A stretch of 64,000 nucleotides of DNA from Marsupella aquatica (GCA_973895155.1 OZ316898.1:4092480-4156479); one strand, 5' to 3'. Shown: positions 12,465-25,798, counted from the first letter of the stretch. The notes: generated by a model from the sequence alone, not told the origin. Numbers and translations: made by a program.

Positions 12465-14170
12465 TGATGTAATAAACTAAAAACAAAGCTTTAAGCTCTT
12501 GTGTCACACATAGTAATCAATCTTGACTACTTTAATCAGGTACTTTGAAGATCGCTCCACAGCGGTGAGTAGTTTTTGATGATAACTCAACATCAGATAA
12601 CCTTCAATTAAGCAAAAGATTGCAATTAACAAAACACAAGGAAAAATCTCTCAGAGTATGCTTGAGGGAGTCTGGAATAGACCAAGGTTACTCCTTAGAC
12701 ATAAGTAATAATGGAATGACTTTAAGGGAATCCAAATCCACACGGCTTTTCAGATCTAAACTGCATACTAGAGTATCCTTTTAAAATGCCGGCAACATGT
12801 CTTGACCTTTCTTCCTAAGTGATACTTAGTCAAGATCTAAAAGAATAAATACTTCAGCATTTAGATGGTACTAAGCAACATGAAGGTGAAAACATCATTT
12901 CCAATGCAACTTAAACTCAATGAGTTAACTCTAAGAACTTGTGAGATTACAATGTGTCACCAAAGCGGAATCTGACATTATAATTCACGAGATTCATAAC
13001 TGAGGTTTTACTTCAAGTATTTGGGTTCCAAAATACAAGAAGGAGGTAAGTCTCTCCAAATGTTAAACCTGATCTCGAACTCATAGATTCATGATCAACT
13101 AGTTTAACACAAGGGAGAGGCAAAACTGCAAAACTTAACCATCTCTCTACACTAGGGAAAGAGGTATAAATAGTGATGAACTACAGAATAAGAGGTCACA
13201 GGGTCGAAGAGACATGCCTCTTCATAACCCTCAAAAAGTCAAAACGACGATTCAATAAGTGGAAAGCCGGAAAAAATGGCTAAGTATGAACTCTTAAACT
13301 CTTAAAAACTTAAACTCTTAAAAACTTAAACTCTTAATTTCGGTATACTAAAAATTGAGTAGATTCAACTATTTTTAACTTTCTACTCCTGGTTCGGAAA
13401 ACTCTGAAATTTTTCCAGCAGGGTTTCCTAGGTACAGACTACAGCCTAAAGAAGTCTCATAGCTTTTAAAGCTCTACAACACATTTAGAAAAATTGGTAA
13501 AAGTACTATACTTTTCAATACTAGCTAAAAAGATAGTCTCCTTCAAGCTTGTTGTCGAATATCATCGGGTTCGAGCAGCTCCACGTAGGTGACAGTCCGA
13601 TTCTGTGTTACCTCCATCAGCTCAGTCTGACGTGGTGATCCTCGAGAGTAGGGTAGGCACCTTAGTTGTCTCTCAGGATACATCAAAGGCATTCGCTTCA
13701 TCAAATAACAGGAATCTATACGAAGAGCTTCTCTGTATATCCTGATCACATCATAGTTGTTGCAGGTAGCAGCATACACTTGAGGATAATGAAACAGGAA
13801 CTCATCACTACTCATCATCCTGGAATAGAAGGGTCGAAGTCTCCATTTGACATCTCTGAAATACCGGTTGAAGCTGGGCAGAGTTTGAGAGGTAAGGTGG
13901 AAGAGAAGTCAGTAATGAGCGCCTATGTCTTGCATTCCTTCCCTTTCAAGGTGAGCTCTTCATCCGTTGTGGAGTCCCGTTGAACTAGTTGTAAGATGTC
14001 ACGATCACAGAGTCGCCAAATCTTAAGGTGTAACTCGTAAAGCAGTGAACTAGTAAACTCGTAAACTGAGTTTACTCGTAACTTAGGAACTTAGTAACTT
14101 TGAATGTTGTTTTAGTTACAGTTAGCAATAATTGCAGTCTAAACACCGTAAAAAATTTAAAAATTTTCAG
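12465..14170 (-). mobile_element. Degenerate LTR-like remnant containing a decayed unknown ORF (~13543-13990, minus strand)
   Basis: The minus strand ends ...TTATTACATCA, has a TATA-like CTATTTATACC at ~13165, and a reading frame broken by TGA codons upstream of ORF 13543-13818. The other end and a TSD were not found. Confidence 0.35.
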
Positions 14171-14574
14171 TTTCTTCATGCTTTTGGAATTACCCACTAC
14201 TTACAGGCAGTCTAGTGCTATCGAACCCTGCAATCCCAAGGATTTTGATGTCCTGTCGGTATGAGGGTTCGAGCAATGTAGTGGTTTGATGACCCTGCTT
14301 TACAAACGGTGATGCCTCTTTTCCTCATTTGCAAAAACTATGTCATTGTTTAGGTTCTATCACATTTCACCTTTGCGCACTTTCAAGACTCAAGCCCGAC
14401 AACTCACTTGGACATCCTGCTCAAGTAAGCAACTCATTCAGATGATCGCTGCTGCATGTCAGACGAGTACTTTGTCTCTGGTGTTACCAATTAAATGGAT
14501 TGTTTCAATGTCGCTCCCAACCCTTGCTTCAGATTCTTAGGTTATGTTCTACTCAGCGTTGCTTTGGTACTGTC

Positions 14575-16324
14575 ATGCAGGGAATGGCGCCATCTCGGCA
14601 ATGTGCCGTAGGGCCTAGGAAGGGGAAGCCTCCTGTTCCACCAGATTCAGAATGGGAGAAGTTCCCAATAGCCAAGATGAACGAACATTGGATGCGAGCT
14701 AAAAATCCATCCCATAGAAGAACATTAGGGTCAGGTTTTCTTTGCAAAATCATGATGGATGACTCATGTCAACACTTCGTGAAGAAGCAGGCTTTTCTAG
14801 ATCACATGCGATCAGTACATCGCATGAATCCAGAACTGTGTCCGATTGGTCGTCCCAAAACGGCAGCACGGCAGAGGTTCGATCATTTTGCGTTCATTCC
14901 ACACACGAGTACTAGTTCATGTTCTGGTATGGATTGATTTCATTACTCCTGGTTTATGTTTTGCTATTCAGAGAATGCTTTGGTTTGTGTGTGCCTAAAG
15001 GAATCCACTGAGTACGGCAGCCACGATTCACAACAAAGAGTCAACTTTGGGTTCCTACCCTGCACGAGTGTGGAAACTCAAACGACAACGAATGTCATGG
15101 TTGCTACGATGGGTGAATAACCTCAAGTTAGCTCATGAAGGGGATGAGGATGAGACAACATGGGTTCTAAGTAAGGCCACAGAGCGGTACAATGCGTGGA
15201 GAAAATCTAAGCGCTTCACCAGCTTGCTCCACAACTAGATTTTGTTGCATCGAATGCTAACAATACCTCCTCATAATCGTCGCTAATATAATTAACGACT
15301 GCCATGACTATGTTTAGGGCTATGTCCGACGTAACTAAGATGTCGGAGAAATCTAAGCGCCGATTGCCCCCATTTTAACGTCGCTGGGGTAACGTCTTTG
15401 GATGAGCTATCCTATACATCATTTTGATTGTCGTTCAATATTAACATCGGATTGGAGGACGTAATGTGTTTAGGGTATCACAATGTCAATGTTTACGTCG
15501 TGGAGGGAGACGTAAAAGTGGTAACGTTTCCCTGTAGGACGTTCCAAATGAATCAAGCAATGTTAGACGTTGAGTACATTCGTGTGGACGACTTGAATGA
15601 GGAGTAGTCCATGCTGACTCGAGTATAGCTTGGGTTTCTATGGGAGGATTTTGGTTTAAGAGTGTTGAGACCAAAGTAGGCTTGCGTTTGTGATTTTTGG
15701 AGAATGCACTCTTCCTGAGTACAGAGAAATTGCAGCGTGGGATCTAGACTCAGTGTTCAGTCATGGTGCGCAAGTTCTTCAAGGATGTGCATTGTTGCTT
15801 CCTTCCACTTGGTGAAGAGGACAAGACTATACGTGGGTTCTTTTGTTGGGGAGGCCGGTGTTATTGAGAAGTTGTGTACCTCGGAAACAGACTACTTGCT
15901 GGCCTATACGTGGAAAGAAGTTGTTGAGCACTTCAGTGACTACCATGGATTGATCGAGCACTTTGCAAAGACAGTTCATTTCATTTCTATCCGTTGGGTA
16001 GAGTGCTCAATTCTGGCCAACAAACAGTTGGATCCAGGAGACTTCCTAAATCCAAGTGATGATCAGATGTTGGATGAGGCGCCCAACCCAGATGATGGGG
16101 AGGCATATCCACCTACATTGCCCAAATGTGAGTTATCTCCGACTGAGCTTCACATTGTCTTGTATGATTACAAGGAAAGTTGTGCAGCTGAGGTTGAGGC
16201 TGAAAGGCTAAAGGCTGGGGAAGAGGTTGTCTGGAAGAAATGGAACCAGAGGCAGAGGCGTGATTCTTACAAAAGAAGGAAGGCAGATGAGGAGTACTAC
16301 TGGTCTGGTGAAGGAACTCCTTAA
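14575..16324 (+). CDS. Spliced CACTA-associated gene with a C2H2-type zinc finger (exons ~14575-14876, 15001-~15210, ~15736-16324)
   Basis: FLCKIMMDDSCQHFVKKQAFLDHMRSVH fits C-x7-C-x-F-x-L-x2-H-x4-H. The GT at 14877 and AG at 15000 join ORF 14500 to ORF 15047 in frame. The junction to ORF 15737-16324 is not resolved. Convergent with the transposase. Confidence 0.5.
15270..15600. repeat. Cluster of GACGT(A/T)A / T(A/T)ACGTC motifs (cluster 1, putative intron of the C2H2 gene)
   Basis: About ten ACGT/ACGAC-type cores in both orientations. Confidence 0.75.
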
Positions 16325-16494
16325 GTAGCAACAATCTGGATGTCAGTGGATGAGGCAGTTTAGTGATTCGACTAGGTTATAGTCGCTTTGTGGTGGACAT
16401 GCAATGTGCTTTGTAGGACCTTTGTATCTCTATATATCATACTGAATCTGAATAAAGACTCCCTCATGTTTTTCATTTTGAATGCATGTGCCAA

Positions 16495-16775
16495 TTAATG
16501 TCACCGTTGTCATTAACGTCGCGCAGATATAGTAACGTTGCAATACACGACGTCTTGGGTTTAATACGTACCCTCAAAAGACGTAAGTTAGTTTAACGTC
16601 ATTGTATGTGGAGAATCAACGTCGTGTGGAATAACGTAAACTGGGTCGTGGGTAAATTAATGTCATTGAAGGCTCAATAAAATGACGTTAATTGGAATTA
16701 ACGTCTGCTTGGTACGACGTAGTTTGAAGATACATTGGTCTACCAGACGTGATCGTCATACAACGACGTTACCCA
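16495..16775. repeat. Cluster of GACGT motifs (cluster 2, between the convergent genes)
   Basis: More than ten ACGT cores, e.g. ttaacgtcg, acgacgtc, agacgtaag, tgacgttaa. Confidence 0.8.
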
Positions 16776-16841
16776 CAGATGCTACAAACCCACATGAAGG
16801 TGGCCATAACGAATATATACATGCACTGAATACATTTATGG

Positions 16842-19800
16842 TCATGGATCCATATCATCTACAATTACTGATGCCATCAAACCCTTCCTCCGTCGTGGGA
16901 AGATGGGAATGACGATGGACCATCCTCTCATAGTGTGCATTGGAACCATAATACACTGATCCACCTGGCTAGGAAATACTATAGTGTCACTAACCTCAAT
17001 CCCGGATGGTGCTACACGAGTCGTGTCTACCCGATAGAACCCACACTCATCTTTCACCATGGTGGCTCTATGTGGAGGTGACATGATGGATTTGTGCCAC
17101 CACACCTCTAACATAGTAGTAGTAAATGACCCAAAGTGAACGTCTAAAATATCCAATACAGTGCCACAATAGGGAATCTCAACATCACCTGGGTCTGTCA
17201 ACATGAACACTCCTGAGTTACATGTACTCTTCTTCATGTGATCTGTCCTCCAAGTGCGAAAGTGGTGCCCTGACTCATACATGTGTGTATGGGTCGTTGC
17301 CCACAACCCTGGTCCCCTAATGATGTTCTATACATCAATGGGAATGGATAAGGGTCCATGCTCTGCAAGGAGCCTATCCATGCGCTCCAATGCCCATACG
17401 CGAAATAATGCATACCGTCGTGGAACTATCGGTTGCTGCTCCAAGAATGCACTACAAAAAATGTATGAATCCATGAGAATATTGCACAATCCAAAGAAGT
17501 GCTCCTTGAACCCACTCTAACTTCTACACACATAGAATGTAGAACAACGTCTACTGTTAGATTAACATATATATAGAGTTGCATATATGTACCTATGCAA
17601 CTCCCTCCACTGAGACATCTCTGGGCGATTTCCCAACACATAATTGTGGATCTGTAGGCGAAGTATGTTGTCATGTAGTGAATGCTTTTTTGATGCACCC
17701 ATCAAACGCAACCCACCATTGTCATCATCTTGTGCCTCTTCCCAAGCTGTGGGAGCTTCTGTGTCCAAACTCCCTATCATCCCTCCGGAATAAAAGAGGC
17801 ACTCCGACATGATATACCCCGTTGCCATACTTCCCTCTGGTCGAGCTGGTTGATGCACCATGGACTTGAGCACTTTCATGAAGCGCTCTACCCAATACAT
17901 CCAACGTGCATGGACAGGACCAGCAATCGCGACCTCATCCACCAAGTGACATAGTAAATGCAATTGCATGTCAAATATGCATGGGGGAAACACCTTCTCC
18001 ATATTGCACATCACGCGAGCTGACCTCTCCCTCGATCATCAAAGGAATCTCAAACTCCTTTATCTCCTTAGCGCATACCCACCTATGTTCCTCCTCAAAA
18101 CCATCAAAGATTTTGTATATCAGATCCACATAGGGCCATTAATAGAAAAATGAGTTTGAAATACTTGTTGAATTACAGGGCTCCTCCAGCGGTAACAAGA
18201 ACTTGCAAGAGAGCAATGGAAGAGAGGGTACGTTATCATACCTGAAAATGGAGCACATCTCATATATAGTCAGACAGAGTAAACAACGCTCCCGGGAATC
18301 ATCACAACAACGCAAGACTGCTGGTAGCACATGTTGTATCAACTTGTGATAATCATGAGACTTCAACCCTATTGGGGGTATGTGATCATTCCTTGTAGTG
18401 CACCCACGAAAACCAGCTCCATAATGGCTAGGGAACTTCATCTCGCTTATCATCCCATTCATGTCCTTCAAAACCTCTCTTGGCAAAATCCGGCCAAGGA
18501 CCAGGAGGTTTCTCCCCAGTACGTGTTATCCAACAACTCTTCACTACTCCAACCCTCTCAGCATCCTCTCGGACTCCACAAGTGTCATTCGTCCCATAAA
18601 TGTGCTTCACCAAGTTCTTAGCAACATTCACTTCAATGTGCATGGGGTCCAACAACCATCGAACCTGGAGTCTCTGGAAATTGAAATAACATATTGAATC
18701 AGTTGCAATCTCTAAATTAAGCATTTTATTGGTCTAATTTGCTGTAAAGGAACCATGCACTTCTATCACTTACCCTCCAATAAGGCAAGTCCCACATAGC
18801 TGAGCGTCGGTTTACTCCACAATCCTTGGGTTTCAATAACTTTGCTTCCACCTTCTCTGCCATTTGAATTTGTCCTTCAGCTGAAGGGCCATTAGGACAT
18901 GGCCGCACTTTAGTCTCTGCCCAATGTGTTGTGTTTTGTCGCAAGTGGTCATCCATTGCCAACCGGACCCTACTGCCCTCATATGTGGTTTTGTGCAGTA
19001 GTCTTGAGTACCTCCCATGCAACTCTGGGCCACATGAAGGGCAAGCTAGCTGAAAAACCTGCCACCTTCAGGCCAAATATTGTCCCCATACCTGCCATTT
19101 CATTGAACCATGTTCAGACCACAAATAACCCCAACACTTGCATTGTACATGACATTGTGCAAACAATAGCCATTGGGTTGCCCAATGAATTACCTGGACC
19201 ATCTGTGGTGCAATGAGTGATCATCACCCTCATATTGAAGGTCCTCCCATTGCCTCCTTCACGAGTGACATCTGTTGTCACTGCTCCAACCTCCCATAGA
19301 TTATGTAGCTCTTCATAAGCTGGAGCCAAACAAATATCAGGATTCTTACAGGCCTTGGGTCCAGGAATTATAGCTAATAGAAGCACATGACCCTTCTTCA
19401 TTGCCAACCATGGAGGGATGTTCTGATTTATCAAAAGAACAGGCCAGATGGACTTAGGCTTCCATCGTTGTTTATATGGGTTCACTCCATTGATTGCCAA
19501 CCCCAAACAAACATTTCTTGGCTCTTGGGAAAAATTTGGCCAAGTGGCATCAATGTGCTTCCACGCTGGACTATCTTGGTGGTATTGCATTATCCCTGGT
19601 GGGGATTTGTTCTCCACATGCCAAGTCTGTAGTGTGGATAAGTGCTTTCGTTGGTAGAGATGCTGAAGTCGGGGAGTGATTGGGAAATAACGAAAAACCT
19701 GCCAGATCCAATGTAACGTCGTCAATTCGACGACAATCACACTAAACGTCCTTCCCCACTACGTATTATTAAAACTAACATCGTGGAGGACGACGTTTCT

Positions 19801-20793
19801 TACATACAATGTACCATGCGACGTTAGTTACTGCATCCCATACGACGTAAAAACAAAAAAACGTCAGGTGGAAAGACGTAAAGTGAGATAGACGACGTAA
19901 AGTAATAAATTACAACGTCATGTACGACGTTGTTTGAAAGAATGCAACGTTAAAAGTCGGACTTTCTTGTTCTCACATTGCGTTGAGGGAAACATTACCT
20001 TTTCTGCAATTTTTTCTCCAATGGTGTCTGGTCGATACCGTGGAAGCCCACAGTGCTCCTCTGGGCAGTGAGTGTGATCCTTGTACACCCCTCTATACAA
20101 GATGCACCCACCTGGGCACATGTGGATAGTCTCTAAAGCCAATCCAATTGAGGCTAACAACTTCTTAGCCTCCCTCACACATCCAGGGAGAGTGTTTGGT
20201 TGGGGCAAGAGTTTTCCGTGGAACAATTGGAAGAGTGCATCTGTATGGACATCCGAACCATTGAAAACTCCGGCCTTGCAAATTCAACATCTACAAAGTT
20301 GCACCCAACCTGGATTTGCAAAACCACAAACACCAGACTTTTTGCAGTTAGTCCAAGTAGCTAGATGGCATGCCTGGCACTACAACTTAGACTGCCCAAT
20401 ATTCACTGGATGAAATTCCAGAGTTGTGATAATTTTAGGACAACCTTACCGTGAGGATGGAGATCCCTCAAATAGTGGTGTTCTGGCTTCAGTCTCCAAG
20501 TGATCCCAATCTTCTTGATCCACTTCCATGATAGGGTGCTAGGCGTCAGGTGCATGAGGTCCAAAGTGAACGTCAACAAGGTGGGCAAAGGCATCTTCTT
20601 CAAGGATAGGGTCATCTCCCTCATCTCCCTCATCGTCAACATCATCATCCAACTCTCCATCATATGCATCATGGTACTCCTCATCCTCATCGTCCATCTC
20701 ATCATGGTCAAGGTGCTGACCCTCAGCATCCTCCTCATCTGAGAAATTTAAGGTGGCACGTACTTGAAAGGCACGGGCTGATGTAGTCATCAC
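16842..20793 (-). pseudogene. CACTA (En/Spm) TnpD-type transposase, multi-exon, decayed (element 0); its upstream part is cut off by element A
   Basis: LPQPNTLP..EAKKLL..IHMCPGGCILY; Transposase_21-type RYFPITPRLQ..DSPAWKHID..EPRNVCLGLAINGVNP..SIWPV..NIPPW..IIPGPK; LDPMHIEVNV; GLKSHDYHKLIQ; DUF4218-type EKVFPPCIFDMQLHLLCHLVDE..GPVHARWMYWVERFM; DUF4216-type TCNSGV..YCG..DECGF. The conserved DG(F)NP Asp is Asn here. Confidence 0.93.
19710..19955. repeat. Cluster of GACGT motifs (cluster 3, transposase intron)
   Basis: More than ten ACGT cores, e.g. gacgacgtt, tacgacgtaaa, agacgtaaag. Confidence 0.8.
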
Positions 20794-21222
20794 TGATGGG
20801 TGAGGTGTGGGAGTAATATGTACACCATCCTAGAGTTTTCAATATGCAATGACAGATCACAATAGAGAAAGGGTTTCCGTGATAAAGCTTACAATGAAAC
20901 ATCAATAATGAAAAATGCAAGGGTCACCCCATAATGAATATGTCATGTACACATGTAAACATCAATGCCAATCATAATCTACGAGAATCTCTTCCCCTGC
21001 TCTAATGGTGCGGGTAGCATGTGTCGAAGATGTAATGCGTACATGCTACAGGCAAACAAGGGTGACTCTGGTCATGGAACTCATGCCACTCAGCGTTTGG
21101 CCACTAGAAGAAACCCACCCTTTCTGAGACCACAAAGAACGTGACTTGTGATGCCTAGACAGGAATCACTCGGCCGGTTAAGTGGGTAAAGCAGGAAGGC
21201 ACCCTAGGAACACCTTAGTATA

Positions 21223-24200
21223 GTGACAAAACAAGGAAAATATAAACAATTAGGGGCAACCATGGAACCCGGGCAGAGGCCGGAGGTAAGGCTGAGGGTG
21301 AAAACCCGATTAGGGTTAGGGCGCGTTAAGCGTCGGCAGCTAGGAAGGATCAACGGGAAGAAGGACCGGCAGAGGAGAGGGGTAAGGAGCGCTTGCAGGA
21401 GATGGTGGCTCATTTGCGAGCACGAACTAGGCAGACGACTACGGGAGGCCAACTACTGTCAGCTGCTTAGGCAAGCACTCGGGGAGAGAGTAGATACCGA
21501 CGATCAACCTAAGGAGGGTATGAGCAACGTCAATCAAGCGGCACATTTCTGGGGATGCCTGTTCGAATGGGCAACTGAGTACATCAAGACTTACGAGGAC
21601 GAGGAGTCAGAAAGGGCAGCTCGAGAACGGTAGGAGCTCGCTCGATTGTGGGAGCTGCAGAAGACGGCTTTCTTAGGAGGCGAACTCATCAAGGACGAGT
21701 TCCTGTGGACGCCTACTTCCAATCAACTCGACGATCTTCTGTTTTGCAAAGACAGCGTCATCGGCATCCGAGAGGCCATCAAGAACTGCAACGACATACA
21801 CTGGGAATTAAAGGGTAGCACGGAAAGGTGGACCCAGGCAACGGTGCTAGGAGAAACCTCCACGGCAGCAGAGATGAAGAGGAAGGGAGCCGTCAACGAT
21901 GAAGCCACCCCGGCAAAAAGAACGAGGTCGGCGGCACCAAAGAAGCCAGCCGAGCAGCAAAGCAGGAGGCAGGGAGAAGCCGAAGAGGAGGAGGTCGATC
22001 CCATCAAGGCCATTCCAACCAGGGATGACACCTGGAAGGGCTGGGCGGCAACCCTACCGGTGGAGGTGCAACTACATTTTGCACGGGAGGAGGATGCATG
22101 CTTTACGGCCATGTAGACCAAGAAGTACCAAGGCTTCATGGCCGGATCCGGCTTGGAGGCCTTTGTAAGATTACCATGGCTGAAGCCGGAGGTACCGGAG
22201 TCAGACCTATTAGAATTCGTGGGGTCATGGGAACCCGAGACCAATTGCACGAGGATATATGGGAAGGATTTCTATCTTACTCCCAAGGTGATTGCCGAAG
22301 TGTTTGGCTTGCCGATGGGCAATAAGACCAAAGTTGATACCAGGAAGACCTTGCCTGACAAGGAGTTCCGGTCGTTCCCCGGGCCATCAACAAAGAATGG
22401 CTTCTTCCGGAACACCTGCACCAACCCGCACATAGGAGAGATGATCGACTTCTTGCGGGTGACCATGCATTGTAACTTGCCGAGGGCAGAGATCGGCAAG
22501 GCACAGGTCTATCTGGCAGAAAGGCCAGACCCAAGCCGGGACTACAACGGGTACCTCCTCAACCAATTGAAGAAGATCTTAAAGGAGGAGCAGCAGGTAA
22601 TCGGCATGGGGAGCGTGTCGCGGCTTGGCTATCACATGCCGCTGTTGTGCCGGTATGCCAGAGGTCAGACTTTTGCCCCGGTACTTCCCCTGCAGGTAAG
22701 GGCACCCGAGGAAGCTCCAACGCCGAGGCCGTTGGCTGAGAAGCCTCAACCACCTGTTAGTCCTACGATCAAGCAGGTGTTTAGGCCCAGGAAGGAAGAC
22801 TTGCCGATGCAGCAACCAGGCATGCAGAGTCTGCTGAAACTACTGGAGAAAGAAAAGAAATCGGCATCGGCAACAACAACGGCAACGGCAACAATGCAGG
22901 ACACTACTACAGAGGTAGGCCTACACCGGCTCACAAGAGAAAACCCCTTTGCTGGAGACAAGGAGAGAATCAGGCCGGAATCCAAGCCAGGTGTTCGAAT
23001 GTACGTGGGAACCTCAAGCTCCGAATCTGAGGCAGAATTGCCTGAAGCTCCTACCGAGGAAGAGGAGAGGGAGAAGCCGGAAATCCAAGAGGTAGAGGAG
23101 GCAGTGGAGGACTGCAGCCATGATAATTCCGGCTATGGGTCGGACCATCACGTTGCAGGAGTAAGGACCTGTGGCCGGTTTGTCCCCACACTTCCAAGGG
23201 TAGTGCGAGGGGACCCCAACCAGCAGGGTAGCCCTGAGTCTCCCCCACCAGATGTTGCTCCCCCGAGCTTCGACGACATAAAACAGACGGTGCAGGAATT
23301 TCAGGAGCGAATCAAGCAGGAGGAAGAGGCCGCCCTGGCTAAGGAAAAGGATTTACCAGGAGGAGATTGGCCGGAGGACATCAGGCGGCTAGCCGAAAAA
23401 GGAAGCAAACCTCTAGCCACGATTGAAGAGATCCGCAGGACGGCTTGGGAGCAGAGGCCACGATGGGCGATGCCGATCACTTCTACTTACTCCACCTACG
23501 CTAAGAATAGAGCCATGGAGTATGGTGAGATGTGTGGGGAACTTGCGCTCGGCATCTTTGGAGAGGAGTTGGAGGTAGGACCCTTTTTCCATAGGGAGCA
23601 GTTGGAGAAGCACCAATTAGAAGAAGCGGTGGCTTTAGAGAGAAGCAAGAAGGACGAGGTCATTCGGCGGCTTAGGAGGATGGGAGCCGAGATTGAAGAT
23701 CTAAGGGCGGCCAAGAAAGCCCAAGATGAACTGCGGATTAAACGACATGAGCTGAACATCATGCAGGGGCAGTTGGACGCCGCGCAGGCTGATAATCAGA
23801 ATATCAAGGATAAACTGACTCAGACGCAGGAAGAGTTGGCCGACACGATCAAAGAAAGGGAAAAGTGGAAGCAAGAGCTGAAGAATACAGAGGAGGCCCA
23901 CATAACAGCCAACAGCCGGGCCATGGCGGAGACCCAAAGAAAGGAATGGGCGTTGAAAGGGGAGCTCGAGAAAATCCGCGGAGCCCTTGAGCAGAAGGAG
24001 GTCGAGTTAGGGAAATCCTATCAAGGGATTATGGTGCTGCAGCAGGAGCTTGCGTCCCTGACGGCCAGCTTCAAGGCCGACCTAAGGGAGAAGGACGAGA
24101 TGCTCGAACAGACTTACGCCAAGATGAACCAGATGGAGTCTGTCATCATTGCAGAGCTCGACAAGGAGCTAAGAGCAACCCAGGAGGAGAAGGCTCCCTT

Positions 24201-24873
24201 GAAGAAGGAATTGGAGGAAGCCCACAGGGAGCAGGAGGAGGCCAAAAACGAGCTGGAGGGGGCACGTAAGGACCTGGATGAAACCCAAGAGGAGTTGGAG
24301 GAAATCACGAGGAAGATGGAGAACCTACAGCGGCGGGCCGACAACCAAACAGAGCGGCTGAAGAAACAAGCCGCAGTATTTAAATGCTTAGCTGCAGCAG
24401 GTCCATCTCCTGTTGGGACAAACCAGTTACCAGGGGTGGTAATTGCCGAAGGACAAGCCGCGCCACCTGCACCAGTGCCGGAGGTAAGTGGGAAGGGGAA
24501 GGGACCAGCTGCCGAGCCACCAACGAAGAAGAAGCGGAAACCTTCAGGGTCAAGGAGTAATACGACTTCACAGGCCGTGGTGATCAAGGAGGTAGACCCA
24601 GCACCGACCCCAGACAGGGTCACGGCTAAGGATCCAACTACCCTAGGGGAAGGGGAGGCCGAAGCTGTGGGGTTGGCTGAAGCCGAAGCCGTGGGGGTGG
24701 CTGAAGCCGAAGCCGTGGGAGTTGTCGAGGCTGAAGCCGAAGGTGGACCCAGTCAGGCCGATGGAGAGTTGACTCGGTCAAGGGCAGGTAATCTGTCAGT
24801 AGGCGGGCCAACGGCAGTGGCTGAGGAGGAAGTGTTGGGGGCGTCCATTGAGGATCCACCACCGGTGTCGTGA
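21223..24873 (+). pseudogene. LTR-encoded ~1216-aa ORF, 5' LTR copy, with two CAG>TAG stops (21631, 22114)
   Basis: Collinear with the intact copy at 45222-48872. Confidence 0.92.
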
Positions 24874-25588
24874 CGGTGCAAGGGCGCCGTTCCTTTTAGG
24901 GAGGGCGGACGTGGAGGGAGGAGGCGTGAGTGGGCAGGGCGGGCACGGATCTCCACGTTTAGGATTAGGATCAGAACCAGGAGCGGCCCTGACACTTAGC
25001 TTAGTGGGATTGCGGTCCCACTGGTAGGAGCAACACTTGTGCTCCTGCCTTGCTGTACATAGGTAGATTCGGGCAAGTAGATTACTGTTAAGTAGATTAG
25101 GCTTACGATGCAAAGAATGGCGGATCCACTACCAGGATAAGTACCTGGGCAGCGGGGAGCTCAGGGCCTCTTCTTTAGCAAGTTTTTAGTTTGCACCAGC
25201 CGGGCTGGGATCAAGTAGTACGAGAAGCTCTCGGTTAGTCATACAGTGACCCTTGTGTATATTCATGTTTCCTCATGCCTAAGAGCTGAATAGAGTTGGC
25301 CTCACGGCTTAGTTCGCAGAACTTGTGTATGAGATGTACTGTTTGTATGGCAAGTGCATGGTATGACTCAGTCAGAATGAGTCATTTTGCTATTTGTGTG
25401 TCGCATTAACTTGTGTGAAGAGTGCCCACATCAACAGAAGGAAGGAAAGTAAGCAGGGGAGTGAGAGTTGGATGTGTCGAGCTGAGAGAGGTCTTAGCGG
25501 CTTAACCAAGCCTATTGGGGATCATTCCGGCGGCGGAATCCAAACATACCTAACAAGACGGAGGGGAAGACAGGGGAAGACAGGGGAA

Positions 25589-25603
25589 GGCCTATATTAG
25601 GCC
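25589..25603 (+). promoter_or_regulatory. Candidate LTR TATA box GGCCTATATTAGGCC, preceded by 3 x (C/G)AGGGGAAG
   Basis: TATA-like motif ~200 bp from the LTR 3' end, present in all four LTRs. Function is inferred from position only. Confidence 0.45.
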
Positions 25604-25798
25604 GGCTACGTATCTCATGACCCGATGAAGGATCTGTCCAGTATATGTGTGTAAAATGTTAATAGTAGTAGTAGAAGGTTAGCAGCGTCCCATGCCGCTA
25701 AGCCGCGGAAACGGCCTCGCCAAGCACGAAACCTGCGGGAATCGGCTTGAGCTGGGGGGTTTCTTGGGTTTAGGGAGCCATGGGACGCACCACATTTT

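Larger units (their letters stand above)
21147..25794 (+). repeat. 5' LTR (4648 bp)
   Basis: Near-identical direct repeat of 32019-36666, with TG..CA ends. Confidence 0.98.

Noticed and set aside
13995-14022. TGGCGACTCT on the minus strand as a primer binding site
   Set aside because: The match to a tRNA end is short and no LTR end (CA) is adjacent.
14193-14285. CACTAC...GTAGTG inverted pair as the terminus of CACTA element 0
   Set aside because: It is only a short imperfect hairpin with no TSD and no subterminal motif cluster. The left end of element 0 remains unidentified.
21309-21321. TTAGGGTTAGGG / GGGTTTAGGG telomere-like motifs
   Set aside because: Only one or two units at scattered sites (telo-box-like), not a telomeric array.
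21204-25600. Many 60-175 aa antisense or alternate-frame ORFs repeated in all four LTRs
   Set aside because: These are shadows of the GC-rich long ORF. Their recurrence only reflects LTR near-identity.
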